From positions 1-64,000 of the IMG/VR virus record IMGVR_UViG_3300017782_000007: a DNA stretch of 64,000 nucleotides, one strand, 5' to 3'. Below are positions 1 through 11,104 of the stretch, one piece after another. The stretch's first letter is position 1. Each line of letters begins with the position of its first letter. The translations under genes and the position numbers were made by a program. The notes under the pieces were generated by a model. That model saw only the letters and a program-made list of their open reading frames with translations. It was not told the origin of the DNA and searched no databases. Origin of the DNA: a virus.

Positions 1-3000
1 ACTTGAGTACCCTCAGCTGAGTTAGTTTGATTGATTTGGAAGTTACTACTAGCTGACCCAAAAGAAGCCCTTCTGTAACTATTACCAACCTTGAAGTTGT
101 TAACCCATTTAATTGGGTCTGTAATCATCTTCTCAATCTCATTATCAGTAGGCATTACTTGGTTAGCTTTTAGCGTAGTAACAACCATACTGGCAATCTT
201 ACCGTGAAAGTTCCTGTTAGAACCTCTACCACCAATGGTTAAATGACCACCAATAGATCTGTCCATTCTAGCACCTGTAGAAGTCCAAGTACCGGCACCG
301 CCATAAGTAGGATTAGGATTGAATATCCAAGACCCACCGCTGTAGAACATTAGCTTGATTTCAAAAGTATCAGCTAAGTTAGCAGCAGTAGCATTACTAG
401 CATTGTATCTAGCTCCTTTGTAACCTATGTAAACACCATACCAAGCAGCACTACCTAAGTTTGCAGCAATAAGATACTCATTAGTACCTACACCTTCTCG
501 ACCCCATCCAAAGTACAAAGCACCAAATTGGTTGGTTCTTAGATAGATGTTGTCATCATTAGTTCCTGCTCCTTCTCCATAGTTCCAAATGTGTTGGTTA
601 CTATTGTTACCATCCGATTTGAATACCATAGTAGTAGCCCAAGGTCTAGAGTAGATAGCATCCGAAGTTTTACTTGGATCCGTACTATGAGCAGCAACAG
701 TAGTACCCGTGAATCCCATTGAAATAGGGTTCTTAGATGAGTAGTTAGATACTTGCTTAGTGTGTTCATTAGAACCACTAAAGTCTAAAGCCTTAGTCCA
801 ATCCGTTAATATGGTTGGAGCAGGAGTAGGAGTTGTAATAGTTTCAATATCGTCTGTGCTAATATCTCCTGTTGTATTTAATACAGCCATATGAATTTTA
901 ACTGGTGCTGTTTCTTCAATAGAAGTAGCTTCATAAGTGTTTGAAAAAGTACCGCCATCAGCAGGACTTGCATTGTTCATTATGTTATTCAAACTACAAG
1001 CAATTAACCAAGCACTAGTACCATTTACCTCAATAGCATAGTCGTAAAACGCTTGTGTCATAGAATTGATAACTACGTTTTGCTGAACTACGCCAGCTCT
1101 ATAAAACTTGAAAGTGTGAGAACTTGCAGTTTCGTATTCCCAAACAATAGCAGTATCAAAATCAGATAATTCTAAAGTACTAAAATCATGAGGGTCATTA
1201 GCTAAACCAATAATATACTTATCATTAGCAGCATTTAAGCTAGGTAATATATTAGATTCTACGTATGCTTTCTCAATTACAAATCTCTCTCCATCTGCAA
1301 CTGTATTATTAACATGAACTACCGAACCATCGTCCATAGTATCTGAGTCAATCATCGCTGTAGATGCAGCTTCATGATTAAATCCACTTATAGCAGTAAT
1401 TGGGGCAGTTAGGTTTGTCACTGTAATAGTCAAAACACCCGTAGCACTACCGTAAGAGTTACTTCTAACAACATCAATAGTATAAGTATCTGTTGGGTTA
1501 GTATTGTAATCGCTAGTGACTTCTGGCGCTGAACCTTGTAAGTGAACTCCATTTGAATCCATTGAAAGCCCGCTATTGTCGTTATCAACTATTGTAGTTG
1601 TATATGGTGCATCAACTGGGTGTAGCTGAATATTAACAGCACTTAATTCATCAACGGTTACAGTACTATCGCTAAAAGCATCAGGTGCTAAATCAGCGTT
1701 TACTTGCGAACTAATCTCAGTCCAATTAATAGGATTTCCTTCAAACAATATTGCATTAGTAGGTGCTACCGTTCCATCATGTATATGACCATTTGTAGGC
1801 TCGTACCATTGTGTGAAAGTAGGCTCATCTGGATAAACATTTGTAGAACTTGTACCTGTACCACCATTTTGTAAATCAAAGTAATTTGCTTCTTCTTCTG
1901 TAACAAAAAGAGGATAATGAAAGTTATCGTCTGGAGATTCAATGTATCTAAAATTCATTGTAGGTGCAGTATTAATAACACCTTGTTGCAAGGTATCAAA
2001 AATAGCACCTTCTTCTTGAGCTATCCAAATAAATTTATAATCTCCACTAGGAGCAGCAGCTTGAGTGTGTCTATAAACAGTATATGTTACACCGTCTGTA
2101 GAATGCCAAATTGTCGCTCTGCCTTGACCATCAAACCCAATTCTACCGTAATATTGAGAAACTGTAGGGTCATTTGAATTGCCAATAGATACATCAGGCA
2201 AACTACTGTCACTATACATCCCGTTAATTACACCATTACTTTCAAGTCTTGCACCATAGAATATATAGTCATCATTACCCCAAGCACTAGTGTTTGAAGT
2301 TAAGTCTGAAACATCATAGTCGTTTTCAGAAAATAGTCCAAAATTAGCGTCCGCCCCAGCAGACCAAGTAAACTCAAAATACTCGCCAGAAGCATTAATA
2401 GTTTGTGAAGTTACAAAACCATCATTGTCAAAATCATCAGTAGCAGAAGAAGAAATTCCTCCAGCAAGAGTACCAGTAATTCCTTCACCAAATACTGTGA
2501 TAGCATCAGTACCTAAAGCTGTAGGAGTTTGAGCTGTATCTAATAAATGAACCTTTGGTGCATTAAATACCTTAGCAGATGAATTAGCTGCTTTTATTCC
2601 TAAATGAAATTCAGCATTTTGTACTGCAGGATAAGAAGTTCTAGCGTGAACAACCCAAGTTACATTGTCGTCTTGTAGCGATGATATTGAAATAAATCCA
2701 TTTTCATCTAATCCTACTTTTATTTTAACTGGGTCTCCTGCCAACCATTCGTTTTGTGATTCCCAGTTAGACCAACCTGGTCTCATTGAGTGAGATGTAT
2801 TTGCTCCGTAATTAGTCCAAGAGCCGTCTGCTGTTGGGTGAAACCAATGTGAAAATTGAAAACCATAGTGAGCAGAATTGCCATTAGCAAAACTAGTAGG
2901 ATCTGCATAATTAGAGCTGCCGCTAAAGTACCCTTCATCGAATGATTCTTGAGTATGGACAAGACCAAATCCTATTTGACCTTCACCTCTAATATCAAAA

Positions 3001-3761
3001 GTAAAGTACTCACCTGCTCTACTTATTGTTGCTGTAGATTTTAATCCAGCATAATTGCCACTTGATGAATTTGTAAATATATCATCACCAGCAGGGTCTG
3101 TTGCTGTGCTTCCTTCTAAAGTGTACCCAGCGTTTTCCCCGTTTACATTTGCTACCATTGTTGAATAAGGGTCAGATATTACCACAGACTCAAATGCCCC
3201 AACAGTAAACAACTCATTTAAAGTATTTACTACATCTTGTAAACCACCACTAACTGCACCACCATTAACACAAGTGTTTGCTGCGTCTAAGTGGTGAAAG
3301 TGAGTTATATCATCAGCACCATCATTAGATACTATATGAACTGTACCATCTGCATTGGGTACAGCCTTAATAGTATTAACGCCAAAAGCGTGACCTGTGT
3401 CAAGCATGATTGAAGTGCTAGTTGCATCTAAGGAAAAACATACTGTTTCGCCAGTTAAATCAATACCCTCCCCAGATAAACCTACTACATTTGCTTTTTC
3501 AGTAATATAGTCAGCACATTCTTGTGCGTTTGTAAATGCATTTCCATCTCCATTAACAAAAGTAGTAAACGGTATTTTATAAAATTCATATTCTTTTTCT
3601 CCTGACTGAGCTGTCAAAATATCATTTATTACATTTATTAATGTATTGTCAGAGCTATCAACTTCTGCTGATAAACAAGCATTCCAATAGGTCGGGTTAG
3701 ATGAACCTTCAAAATTAACGCAGTTTCCTGCTTCGTTTCTTTTTATTTTTATTGTACTCAT
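1..3761 (-). CDS. Large virion fibre/receptor-binding protein, >1250 aa, truncated at the window edge; C-terminal part LamG/ConA-like
   Basis: Not in the ORF track because it has no stop in the window. Manual translation from ATG 3761 (MSTIKIKRNEAGNCVNFEGSSNPTYWNAC...) stays open to base 1. S/T/G/N-rich; ends ...HLTIGGRGSNRNFHGKIASMVV, a LamG-like pattern; lies in the fibre cluster. Confidence 0.75.
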   Translation of the reverse strand, partial: MSTIKIKRNEAGNCVNFEGSSNPTYWNACLSAEVDSSDNTLINVINDILTAQSGEKEYEFYKIPFTTFVNGDGNAFTNAQECADYITEKANVVGLSGEGIDLTGETVCFSLDATSTSIMLDTGHAFGVNTIKAVPNADGTVHIVSNDGADDITHFHHLDAANTCVNGGAVSGGLQDVVNTLNELFTVGAFESVVISDPYSTMVANVNGENAGYTLEGSTATDPAGDDIFTNSSSGNYAGLKSTATISRAGEYFTFDIRGEGQIGFGLVHTQESFDEGYFSGSSNYADPTSFANGNSAHYGFQFSHWFHPTADGSWTNYGANTSHSMRPGWSNWESQNEWLAGDPVKIKVGLDENGFISISSLQDDNVTWVVHARTSYPAVQNAEFHLGIKAANSSAKVFNAPKVHLLDTAQTPTALGTDAITVFGEGITGTLAGGISSSATDDFDNDGFVTSQTINASGEYFEFTWSAGADANFGLFSENDYDVSDLTSNTSAWGNDDYIFYGARLESNGVINGMYSDSSLPDVSIGNSNDPTVSQYYGRIGFDGQGRATIWHSTDGVTYTVYRHTQAAAPSGDYKFIWIAQEEGAIFDTLQQGVINTAPTMNFRYIESPDDNFHYPLFVTEEEANYFDLQNGGTGTSSTNVYPDEPTFTQWYEPTNGHIHDGTVAPTNAILFEGNPINWTEISSQVNADLAPDAFSDSTVTVDELSAVNIQLHPVDAPYTTTIVDNDNSGLSMDSNGVHLQGSAPEVTSDYNTNPTDTYTIDVVRSNSYGSATGVLTITVTNLTAPITAISGFNHEAASTAMIDSDTMDDGSVVHVNNTVADGERFVIEKAYVESNILPSLNAANDKYIIGLANDPHDFSTLELSDFDTAIVWEYETASSHTFKFYRAGVVQQNVVINSMTQAFYDYAIEVNGTSAWLIACSLNNIMNNASPADGGTFSNTYEATSIEETAPVKIHMAVLNTTGDISTDDIETITTPTPAPTILTDWTKALDFSGSNEHTKQVSNYSSKNPISMGFTGTTVAAHSTDPSKTSDAIYSRPWATTMVFKSDGNNSNQHIWNYGEGAGTNDDNIYLRTNQFGALYFGWGREGVGTNEYLIAANLGSAAWYGVYIGYKGARYNASNATAANLADTFEIKLMFYSGGSWIFNPNPTYGGAGTWTSTGARMDRSIGGHLTIGGRGSNRNFHGKIASMVVTTLKANQVMPTDNEIEKMITDPIKWVNNFKVGNSYRRASFGSASSNFQINQTNSAEGTQ

Positions 3762-3765
3762 AATT

Positions 3766-4698
3766 TTATCTTATTATAGTTACTAACATTCCTACAGGCT
3801 GAATAATAACAGGGTTATCTGATTTAATTGCTGGCAAAGTCAATGCATTAACATCTTCACTCGAAGTTATCCAAGCAGATATTTCTATTCTGTTTAAGTA
3901 CGATTTCCCAACTGTACCTGCACCATAAAAAGATGGGGAAGTAGTTAGTGGAAAAGTATAAGTGATATTGTCGCTTTCGTCTCTATTCGCATACCAAAGA
4001 GCAGGCTCTACGGTTGTGTTTGCAATCTGAGGAATAATATTATATTCAAATCTCACTCTTACTTGGTCACCATATTGCAGATCGTTTAACTTAATTCTTC
4101 CTACACTTCCTTCAAACCCTGTTCCTGAAGACCCAGGATTTTCTGTATCGTAGTCGTAAGTATAATCAAATAATGTGGTTATGTCGTCAGGGAGATTTTC
4201 TCCTTCAAACAATCCTATTCCAGTTGTCCCTGTTGGGGTTGGAGTAGTCCAATATGGGTTATCTAAAGCTAAATGAGCTGCGTTACTAAGAGAGAATACT
4301 TTCCAAATTTCGTTAGCAACATCATCAGCAGTATAAGAAACTCCATTTTCAAATGCAGGATTTTCATCTGTACTCCATTGATAACCGTTTACTGACGGTC
4401 TAGCTGCAAATGCAGAAGAATGAGAGTAGCCTGAAACAGATTTAACGAACATGTTAGACCCGTTTTCTGAGACGACTACATTGCCGTAATCCCCGTCAGT
4501 TAAAGAACCACTTCCTCCACCTGAAGCGTTAATCCTTCCCGCAGCAATCTCGTCATTAATATAATTTACTAATGATTTGTCTACATCATCGGCTCCTAGT
4601 ACCCCCACATTAGTTGGGTAATTACCAGAACCATTCATCATAGCCTTTCTTTTCTTTTCTAGATCTATCATTGAATCTAGAATAAATTTGTTTGCCAT
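3766..4698 (-). CDS. Putative structural/fibre-associated protein
   Basis: 310 aa ORF in the fibre cluster, beta-rich C-terminal half. Confidence 0.6.
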   Translation of the reverse strand: MANKFILDSMIDLEKKRKAMMNGSGNYPTNVGVLGADDVDKSLVNYINDEIAAGRINASGGGSGSLTDGDYGNVVVSENGSNMFVKSVSGYSHSSAFAARPSVNGYQWSTDENPAFENGVSYTADDVANEIWKVFSLSNAAHLALDNPYWTTPTPTGTTGIGLFEGENLPDDITTLFDYTYDYDTENPGSSGTGFEGSVGRIKLNDLQYGDQVRVRFEYNIIPQIANTTVEPALWYANRDESDNITYTFPLTTSPSFYGAGTVGKSYLNRIEISAWITSSEDVNALTLPAIKSDNPVIIQPVGMLVTIIR

Positions 4699-4724
4699 TT
4701 TGTTTAATTTAATTTAATGTATAA

Positions 4725-5018
4725 TTATGCATTAAGCTTAGCTTCTTGAGCAGCTTTCTCAATTTCTCTAGCAGCTATGCTAGTATTTAATTTTTCTATC
4801 TTTGCATCACAGTCAGCAATACATGCTGTACGCTCTGGACAATCTGGTAAGTCTCTCATCATTAAAGCACAGTCAGCTTCTATACGTGCGATAGCTGCTT
4901 GTTCTGAAGCAATTAATGCTTCTTCTCTTCTGACGTTATTTGCAAAATCTGTCTCATCTTCGATATAAATCTTTTCGACTTTTTTATCTTCTGTTAATTG
5001 GTATTTATAGTATCCCAT
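4725..5018 (-). CDS. Small helical protein, possible fibre assembly chaperone
   Basis: 97 aa, coiled-coil-like, A-rich leader, downstream of a fibre gene. Confidence 0.5.
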   Translation of the reverse strand: MGYYKYQLTEDKKVEKIYIEDETDFANNVRREEALIASEQAAIARIEADCALMMRDLPDCPERTACIADCDAKIEKLNTSIAAREIEKAAQEAKLNA

Positions 5019-5044
5019 TGTTTTTAAATTTTAAGTTTATATTA

Positions 5045-7510
5045 TTAAGCTGCAACTCCTACTAGCATCCATTGTCCTGTTGAGTTGTATCGTAAAGTTC
5101 CTCCTCCGCCAGCTTTTATTGTTACGTCTGTAGAGTTTGGAAGTGTAAATCTATTTGCTGCCAATGAAGAGGCATCTTGATGTTTAAATGTTAAGTCTGC
5201 TGTGAATACATTGAAAGTTACAATAGTTCCTGTAACTGCATCTGTAGCATCTAGTCCAGTTATATCTTGATTACCGCCTAAGATAACATCAAAGTGTGCA
5301 GAAGTTTTAAAGTTAGTTGGCGATGCATTATCTGCTTGTGCAGTAATAGCAATGCCTCCTTGACTTGTCTTTCTTACTTGTCCTACCTGTTCAGTATAGA
5401 ATACTGCAGCATTTAATTCTGCTGTCGTAGTTCCATCAGTAGAACTTATTTCTACATTACCAGAAGCTAGTGCTTCTACCTTTCCAGTAATTGTACCGTC
5501 AGTAGTTTGCATAACAGATGTATTACCTGCTTTAGCTACGAACTCTGCTTTAGTAGTTGGCGTGGCATCTAAGGCGTTACTCATCGTTACACCTAAGGCT
5601 GCTGTTGCTCCAGCTAAATAAGTTGAAGTAGCGTCTCCTGCTGCGGTAGTTGTAGTCATATATAACTGACCAGTTCCTAACAAGTTAAAGTTATTCTCAG
5701 CTCCTGAGATAGTAGTTAACTTAGTTAACGAACCTCCTAATTCTACTGTAGTGCCGTTAAGAGATAATCCATTGGCTGCTGCTGTTACTGTAGCGGCTGT
5801 TGGAGTTACTTCTATTATCGTTCCATCAGTGGCAAAGCCAGCTAGATAACCTGAGTCAGTCTTACCTGGAGTTGTTACTATGAATGGTGTATTACCAGCG
5901 TCATCAGCATTAAGAGCTGGTGTTACTGTAATAGTAGTAGTATCAACAACTGTAACTGTTAAGTCATCTGTGTTATTTGCACCATCTTCAAATCTAAGAA
6001 TATCTCCATTACTTAATCCGTGTACTGCTGCAAATACAATTGTACTTGTTGCAAGTGTTTCAGATGTAGTAGCTACTCCTAATGTTGTTAAAGTTCTAGT
6101 AGTTAAGTCTCCTATCTCTTTAGTACCTTGACCATAGTCATCAAAATGAATAGACTTAATAGATACATCACCTCCAAGGATTCCTCCTATGTTAAGTTCA
6201 TTATCTGTAGTTACTCTTTCAGTCTCTTGAGAAGAACCAACTATGATATTATTAGAACCTGTAGTATTTAAAGTTAAACTATTATACCCTAGTGTTGTAT
6301 TGCTATCACCTATGAGGTTAGCAGTTGCACTTTGATACCCTATTGCAGTATTACCTAAACCAGTTGTATTAACCAGTAATGAATTATAACCTATTGCTAC
6401 ATTATTACTTGCTGTTAAACCATCTCTACCTGCATCTCTCCCCATATATGTATTCTGTGCACCAGTAGTATTTAAAGACCCTGCTGATCTACCTACTGCT
6501 ACGTTATGTGTACCAGTAGTTGTGTTGGTTAAAGTACCATATCCTAATGCAGTATTATCTGATGCAGTAGTACTTGATACTAAAGAAGAAGTACCTAAAG
6601 CTACATTCCTATCTCCTGTAGTATTAGCTATTAAAGACTGCGCTCCTATTGCTGTATTGTTACTACCTCCATTTGTATTAAGCATGGCAGTATAACCAAT
6701 TGCTGTGTTAGCTGAATCTGCTGTAGAAGCGTTTAAAGATAAATATCCTACTGCTGTATTCTGCGCACCTGTCATAGATTCAGTACCTCCTGATATAAGA
6801 ACATTGTTTAATGCGTCTCTTACACTTGCAGTACCAGTAACAGTTAATTCTCTAGTACCTACAAATGTATCTGCACCGAATGCAGTCTGTCCAGTTCTGA
6901 ATGCTGAAGTTGTAGTATCTCCTGTTGGAGTAGTAGTACCTGTATTATAGAAAGCTGAAGTGTCTGTACCTGCTGCTGCCTCAATAAGAGTACCGTCAGT
7001 TGCAAGCTTTAAGAAGTAGCCAGAGTCTGTCTTAGACAGATCTCCTGCCTCTCTATTACCTGCACCATATTGCTTAAAGACTAGAGTACCAGAAGTATCC
7101 ATCTCTAAAGCATCGTTACCTGCTGAACTAGTAAAGGTAAGAGTGTTACCTGTTGCGTTAGTCATTACATAAGATGCTGTACCTGCTCCTGCTTCCCCTA
7201 GAGTTAATCTAGGACTAGTTAGAGTAGATAAAGTTATCTTAGTATTACCACTAGCGTCAAGCATTGAATGATTAACTTCTCCTGCAGCAGTAGTGGCTAT
7301 CTCTACTTGCCTACCTTGTGCGGTATTAATGAAGAGTAAGTCTCTATCTCCTGCAGTTAAATCTCTTAAACTAAGTAAAGCTGATGGCGAAGGATTACCT
7401 ACACCCAACCTTCCGTTAGTGTCATCCCATCTAAAATTAGTATTCTGGGACAATTTCTTAGCCGAATCCCCAAAAGGGACTAGCGTATCTGTGTAATTAA
7501 ATATTGCCAT
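5045..7510 (-). CDS. Fibre protein with YadA-head-like 14-aa repeats
   Basis: 821 aa; tandem NTAIGYxAL/NVAxG repeats, GRLGVG motif, two ATDGTxIE modules. Confidence 0.75.
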   Translation of the reverse strand: MAIFNYTDTLVPFGDSAKKLSQNTNFRWDDTNGRLGVGNPSPSALLSLRDLTAGDRDLLFINTAQGRQVEIATTAAGEVNHSMLDASGNTKITLSTLTSPRLTLGEAGAGTASYVMTNATGNTLTFTSSAGNDALEMDTSGTLVFKQYGAGNREAGDLSKTDSGYFLKLATDGTLIEAAAGTDTSAFYNTGTTTPTGDTTTSAFRTGQTAFGADTFVGTRELTVTGTASVRDALNNVLISGGTESMTGAQNTAVGYLSLNASTADSANTAIGYTAMLNTNGGSNNTAIGAQSLIANTTGDRNVALGTSSLVSSTTASDNTALGYGTLTNTTTGTHNVAVGRSAGSLNTTGAQNTYMGRDAGRDGLTASNNVAIGYNSLLVNTTGLGNTAIGYQSATANLIGDSNTTLGYNSLTLNTTGSNNIIVGSSQETERVTTDNELNIGGILGGDVSIKSIHFDDYGQGTKEIGDLTTRTLTTLGVATTSETLATSTIVFAAVHGLSNGDILRFEDGANNTDDLTVTVVDTTTITVTPALNADDAGNTPFIVTTPGKTDSGYLAGFATDGTIIEVTPTAATVTAAANGLSLNGTTVELGGSLTKLTTISGAENNFNLLGTGQLYMTTTTAAGDATSTYLAGATAALGVTMSNALDATPTTKAEFVAKAGNTSVMQTTDGTITGKVEALASGNVEISSTDGTTTAELNAAVFYTEQVGQVRKTSQGGIAITAQADNASPTNFKTSAHFDVILGGNQDITGLDATDAVTGTIVTFNVFTADLTFKHQDASSLAANRFTLPNSTDVTIKAGGGGTLRYNSTGQWMLVGVAA

Positions 7511-10500
7511 TATGCTAAATATATGTTTGTACCGTCAGTAATCATAATAACTCCATCGTATTGAGCAGGAAGAGTATAAGATGCTTGACCATCTATCGTT
7601 CCACTCGTAGGAGTAATTGTTACTGCGTTAGTTGTATTTATTGCTTTGACTATGTATCTCTGCCCTACCGTCATATTAGCAGGGTTAGGTTGTAAGTCAA
7701 CAGCGTTAGATGTAGCATCAAGTAAAGTATTGTCTTTTGTTAAAGACGCTGTAGCTGCTGTGATTGTTTCTAATGTAAGTGGTACAGATGATAAAGTAGT
7801 TTCTAAGATTGTACCGTCTGTGGCAAATTCAGCTATGTAACCTGAAGATGTTTTTGAAAGTGTACCTGCATCTTTATTACCTGAGCCGTATATTGCTGAA
7901 GCTATATACTGGTCTGTTAAACCAACTCCTCCTCCTGTTTCTATTTTAAATAGTTCATTAACTCCTTCAGCTTGAAAGCCTCCTCCATGATTAAAAGTAA
8001 ATGATGCTCCAGTAGGGAAATATGTATTAAAGTTGCCTCCATTAATGCCAAAGCCATAATGAACGCCTACACCTCCATCAAATACCCTTAACTTTTCTCC
8101 TACTACCGCATGTAAATTTACAATAGCACCGTCATAAGTAAAGTTAGCACTACTTGAAGGTGCTGTTGTAAGACCAGTACCATAAATAATTTGTGTGTCA
8201 GGTTGGTAATCTGTTGCTTTAGCTACTTCAATAATAGTACCGTCTGTAGCAAAGCCAGCTAAGTATCCACTATCTGTCTTAGTTAAGTCTGCGGCTTCCT
8301 TAGTACCAAGACCGTATGCAGTTCCTTGTAAAGTTCCTGCGCCATCTAACACTAATCTATCTACTATACTACCTGCTCCATTTGCTGTCCAAAAATGTAA
8401 AGCTGAATCTTTAGTGGCTGATACATTATCTACAATCTCATAAGTCATTCGTGCGAATTCTTCTGTAGCTCCTGTTGAAGTACCTGCTCTAAGTGAAATA
8501 GGAAATTGAGTAGTGTTTACTGCTGCTGTATTAGCTCCTGAACCATATCCAGTCAAAGCCATTATATTATTTCTTTCATGATACCCTCCAAGAGAGTTCT
8601 CATTAAACACATTTAAGGCAAGTTTTCCTGTAATAGCGTGAGTTTTTCTAATTTGAGCTCCATCTGAATTTCCGCTACTTTGTACAATAAGTGTTGCTCC
8701 ATTTCCAGTTGATATAAATTGTCCTGCTGGACCAGAGCTAGAAGAATTTCCTTCTATAGCAGAGTTAGTTCCTGTTGTATTTGCGAAAATAGTTTTAAAA
8801 TTACCCTCTCCTATAACGGAAAATACATTATTTCCTAAACTACCACCATTTATCCCTACATGACCTGTAGAACCATTTACTACTAAGGCATCTATATTTG
8901 CGTCTGTATCTACCCTTAAATCAAATGTATCTGTGTACAAGTATCTATTAGCTGTGAAATCACTTGCTCCTGTTCCTGATGCAGCATGACCTAATTGGAT
9001 ATTACCAGTAGTAGTATCTTTACTTAATCCTTCATTAGCTAAACTAGCTCCTCCTAATTCTTCTAAGATTGTACCGTCTGTCGCAAAGACAGCACCATAG
9101 CCAGAAGATGTCTTGGTGAGGTCTGCTGCTTCTTTTGTACCAAGACCATACGCAGTAAGTTTTACATTTTGAGAAGTTGTTTCTATAGCGGTTGAACTTG
9201 GGGTACCAATAGTTAATCCTCCCGTAGTTATACCGATAGCTCCTACGTCACCTCCATCTCTTCTGAAAGAAATAACATTTCCATCAGAAGTATTTCTAGT
9301 GAGAATTAAAGTGTCATTATCATCTCGCACAATAGAAGTTCTTCCATCTGGTCTAGTCCAAAATCCTTCCGCAGTATCTGACTCTCCTCCTGCCCCTACT
9401 ATAAAGCTACCATTATCTTTCACATCTAAAATAGTATCATTATCAGAGTTATGAATTAACATAGCCCTAGATGTTCCTGAATTACCGTCCCCTACAATAT
9501 GCGTTTTTGCGATTGGTGCACCTGTTCCAATTCCTACATCTCCATCTTTATTGATAATCATTCTTTGAGTACCCGTATTAGTTGTATTTGTTGCTGCAGT
9601 AAAGAAAGTAATTGCAGTTGCCGCATTACCTATAGATGACCCACCTCCAATGTAAACATAAGACGAAGAACCTGTACATGTACCCATAATCCCTAAAATC
9701 GGTTTTTCACTATTTGTATAGTGAGCTACACCCCAACGAGAAGACTTATTTGTAGCATCAGTGCTATTGTTTTGACCAATAATAAAGTTGCTATCGTACT
9801 TAAGGTAACTGCCTTCAACAAATAATAAAGAGTCAACTAACCCTACTCCATCAGAATCAAACATTCCTAAGTAATTAGCTGTTCCTGTAATATCAGCAGA
9901 AGATATTGCATCTATCCAATCAGTGCCTATTGCAGTAGATGACAATATTTGTCCACTCGTCCCTGCTTGATTATTACTGTCATATATTGCTCCTGTAATA
10001 CGTGCGTTTCCGTTAACGTCTAATTTATATGCGGGGCTCGTTGTGCCTATCCCTACATGCCCACTATCGCCAAGAATCCGCATTCCTTCAAATGGAGTAC
10101 CTTGATAATCTACAATAAATGCTAAATCAGCATCATCAGTATTTCCACCGACAACTGATCTAATTGCTGCATTCGTATCCTTATCAGTATTTTTAAATAC
10201 CATCCCAATATATTCACCAGTGCCATTTGGATTAGATTCAATTGTTAAGACATCTTCCGAAGTAAATATCGTCGAACCTACTACATGCAATGATGAACTA
10301 GGTGTTGCAGTTCCAATGCCTACATTTCCACCCAATCCATTCAACGATATATTTTTATCGTACCCAACGCCTGATTCCCACGCTTCAATATTAAATACTC
10401 CACCTGACCAAAACATAGATGTTCTAACATTTTCACTACTACCTAAAGCAGTTGAGTTTTCTGTTATCGTCAAATTTGCCGCACCTACACTATTATTTCC

Positions 10501-11079
10501 CGAACCGTAAATTGTAGCCGTATTCACACCGCTTGAATGAATAAAACCTAAAACATAACTAGAGTCTGCTGTTAAAGCGACTCCATTTGAACCAAATGAA
10601 TACAGCCCTGAACCTCTATTGTTCTCAAAACTATAAGAAGGATTTTGATAATCCCCTAAATCTGTTAATAGCTGCCCACCATTAAAAATTATATCGTTTC
10701 CTCCCATTGTCACCGTCCTGTCGCCTGTCAATGTTCCGTCTGCCGTATAAATATTATCTTTTGCAAATGAATTTTCTAAGCTGACCCATTGAGAGCCAGT
10801 TGATTGCAGGGTTACAATTTCGTTTAAAGTAGACATAGTGATAGACCCTGCAACGCCATCAATTGTCTCTACTCCTGAAGGAGTTATGGTGATAGAGTTA
10901 GTAACGTCTACCGCCTTTATCCTAAATATGATTTCTGCTTGAGCAGAAGCCGCAGGGAGATTAAGAACAACAGCACCACCGCTAGCATCTGCTAAAACGG
11001 TGGAATATATGCTGCTTAAATTAATAGTCCCTGTTACTGTTTGGATGTCTTTAAAGGACATACCTGACTTGTAACTCAT
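7510..11079 (-). CDS. Tail/head fibre protein (trimeric beta-repeat type)
   Basis: 1189 aa; repeated GxVGIGTxxP motifs, three FATDGTIxE modules, related LP..IK/VK..IDG domains at both ends. Confidence 0.75.
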   Translation of the reverse strand: MSYKSGMSFKDIQTVTGTINLSSIYSTVLADASGGAVVLNLPAASAQAEIIFRIKAVDVTNSITITPSGVETIDGVAGSITMSTLNEIVTLQSTGSQWVSLENSFAKDNIYTADGTLTGDRTVTMGGNDIIFNGGQLLTDLGDYQNPSYSFENNRGSGLYSFGSNGVALTADSSYVLGFIHSSGVNTATIYGSGNNSVGAANLTITENSTALGSSENVRTSMFWSGGVFNIEAWESGVGYDKNISLNGLGGNVGIGTATPSSSLHVVGSTIFTSEDVLTIESNPNGTGEYIGMVFKNTDKDTNAAIRSVVGGNTDDADLAFIVDYQGTPFEGMRILGDSGHVGIGTTSPAYKLDVNGNARITGAIYDSNNQAGTSGQILSSTAIGTDWIDAISSADITGTANYLGMFDSDGVGLVDSLLFVEGSYLKYDSNFIIGQNNSTDATNKSSRWGVAHYTNSEKPILGIMGTCTGSSSYVYIGGGSSIGNAATAITFFTAATNTTNTGTQRMIINKDGDVGIGTGAPIAKTHIVGDGNSGTSRAMLIHNSDNDTILDVKDNGSFIVGAGGESDTAEGFWTRPDGRTSIVRDDNDTLILTRNTSDGNVISFRRDGGDVGAIGITTGGLTIGTPSSTAIETTSQNVKLTAYGLGTKEAADLTKTSSGYGAVFATDGTILEELGGASLANEGLSKDTTTGNIQLGHAASGTGASDFTANRYLYTDTFDLRVDTDANIDALVVNGSTGHVGINGGSLGNNVFSVIGEGNFKTIFANTTGTNSAIEGNSSSSGPAGQFISTGNGATLIVQSSGNSDGAQIRKTHAITGKLALNVFNENSLGGYHERNNIMALTGYGSGANTAAVNTTQFPISLRAGTSTGATEEFARMTYEIVDNVSATKDSALHFWTANGAGSIVDRLVLDGAGTLQGTAYGLGTKEAADLTKTDSGYLAGFATDGTIIEVAKATDYQPDTQIIYGTGLTTAPSSSANFTYDGAIVNLHAVVGEKLRVFDGGVGVHYGFGINGGNFNTYFPTGASFTFNHGGGFQAEGVNELFKIETGGGVGLTDQYIASAIYGSGNKDAGTLSKTSSGYIAEFATDGTILETTLSSVPLTLETITAATASLTKDNTLLDATSNAVDLQPNPANMTVGQRYIVKAINTTNAVTITPTSGTIDGQASYTLPAQYDGVIMITDGTNIYLA

Positions 11080-11104
11080 ATTGAATTAATTTAAATTGTT
11101 TATA

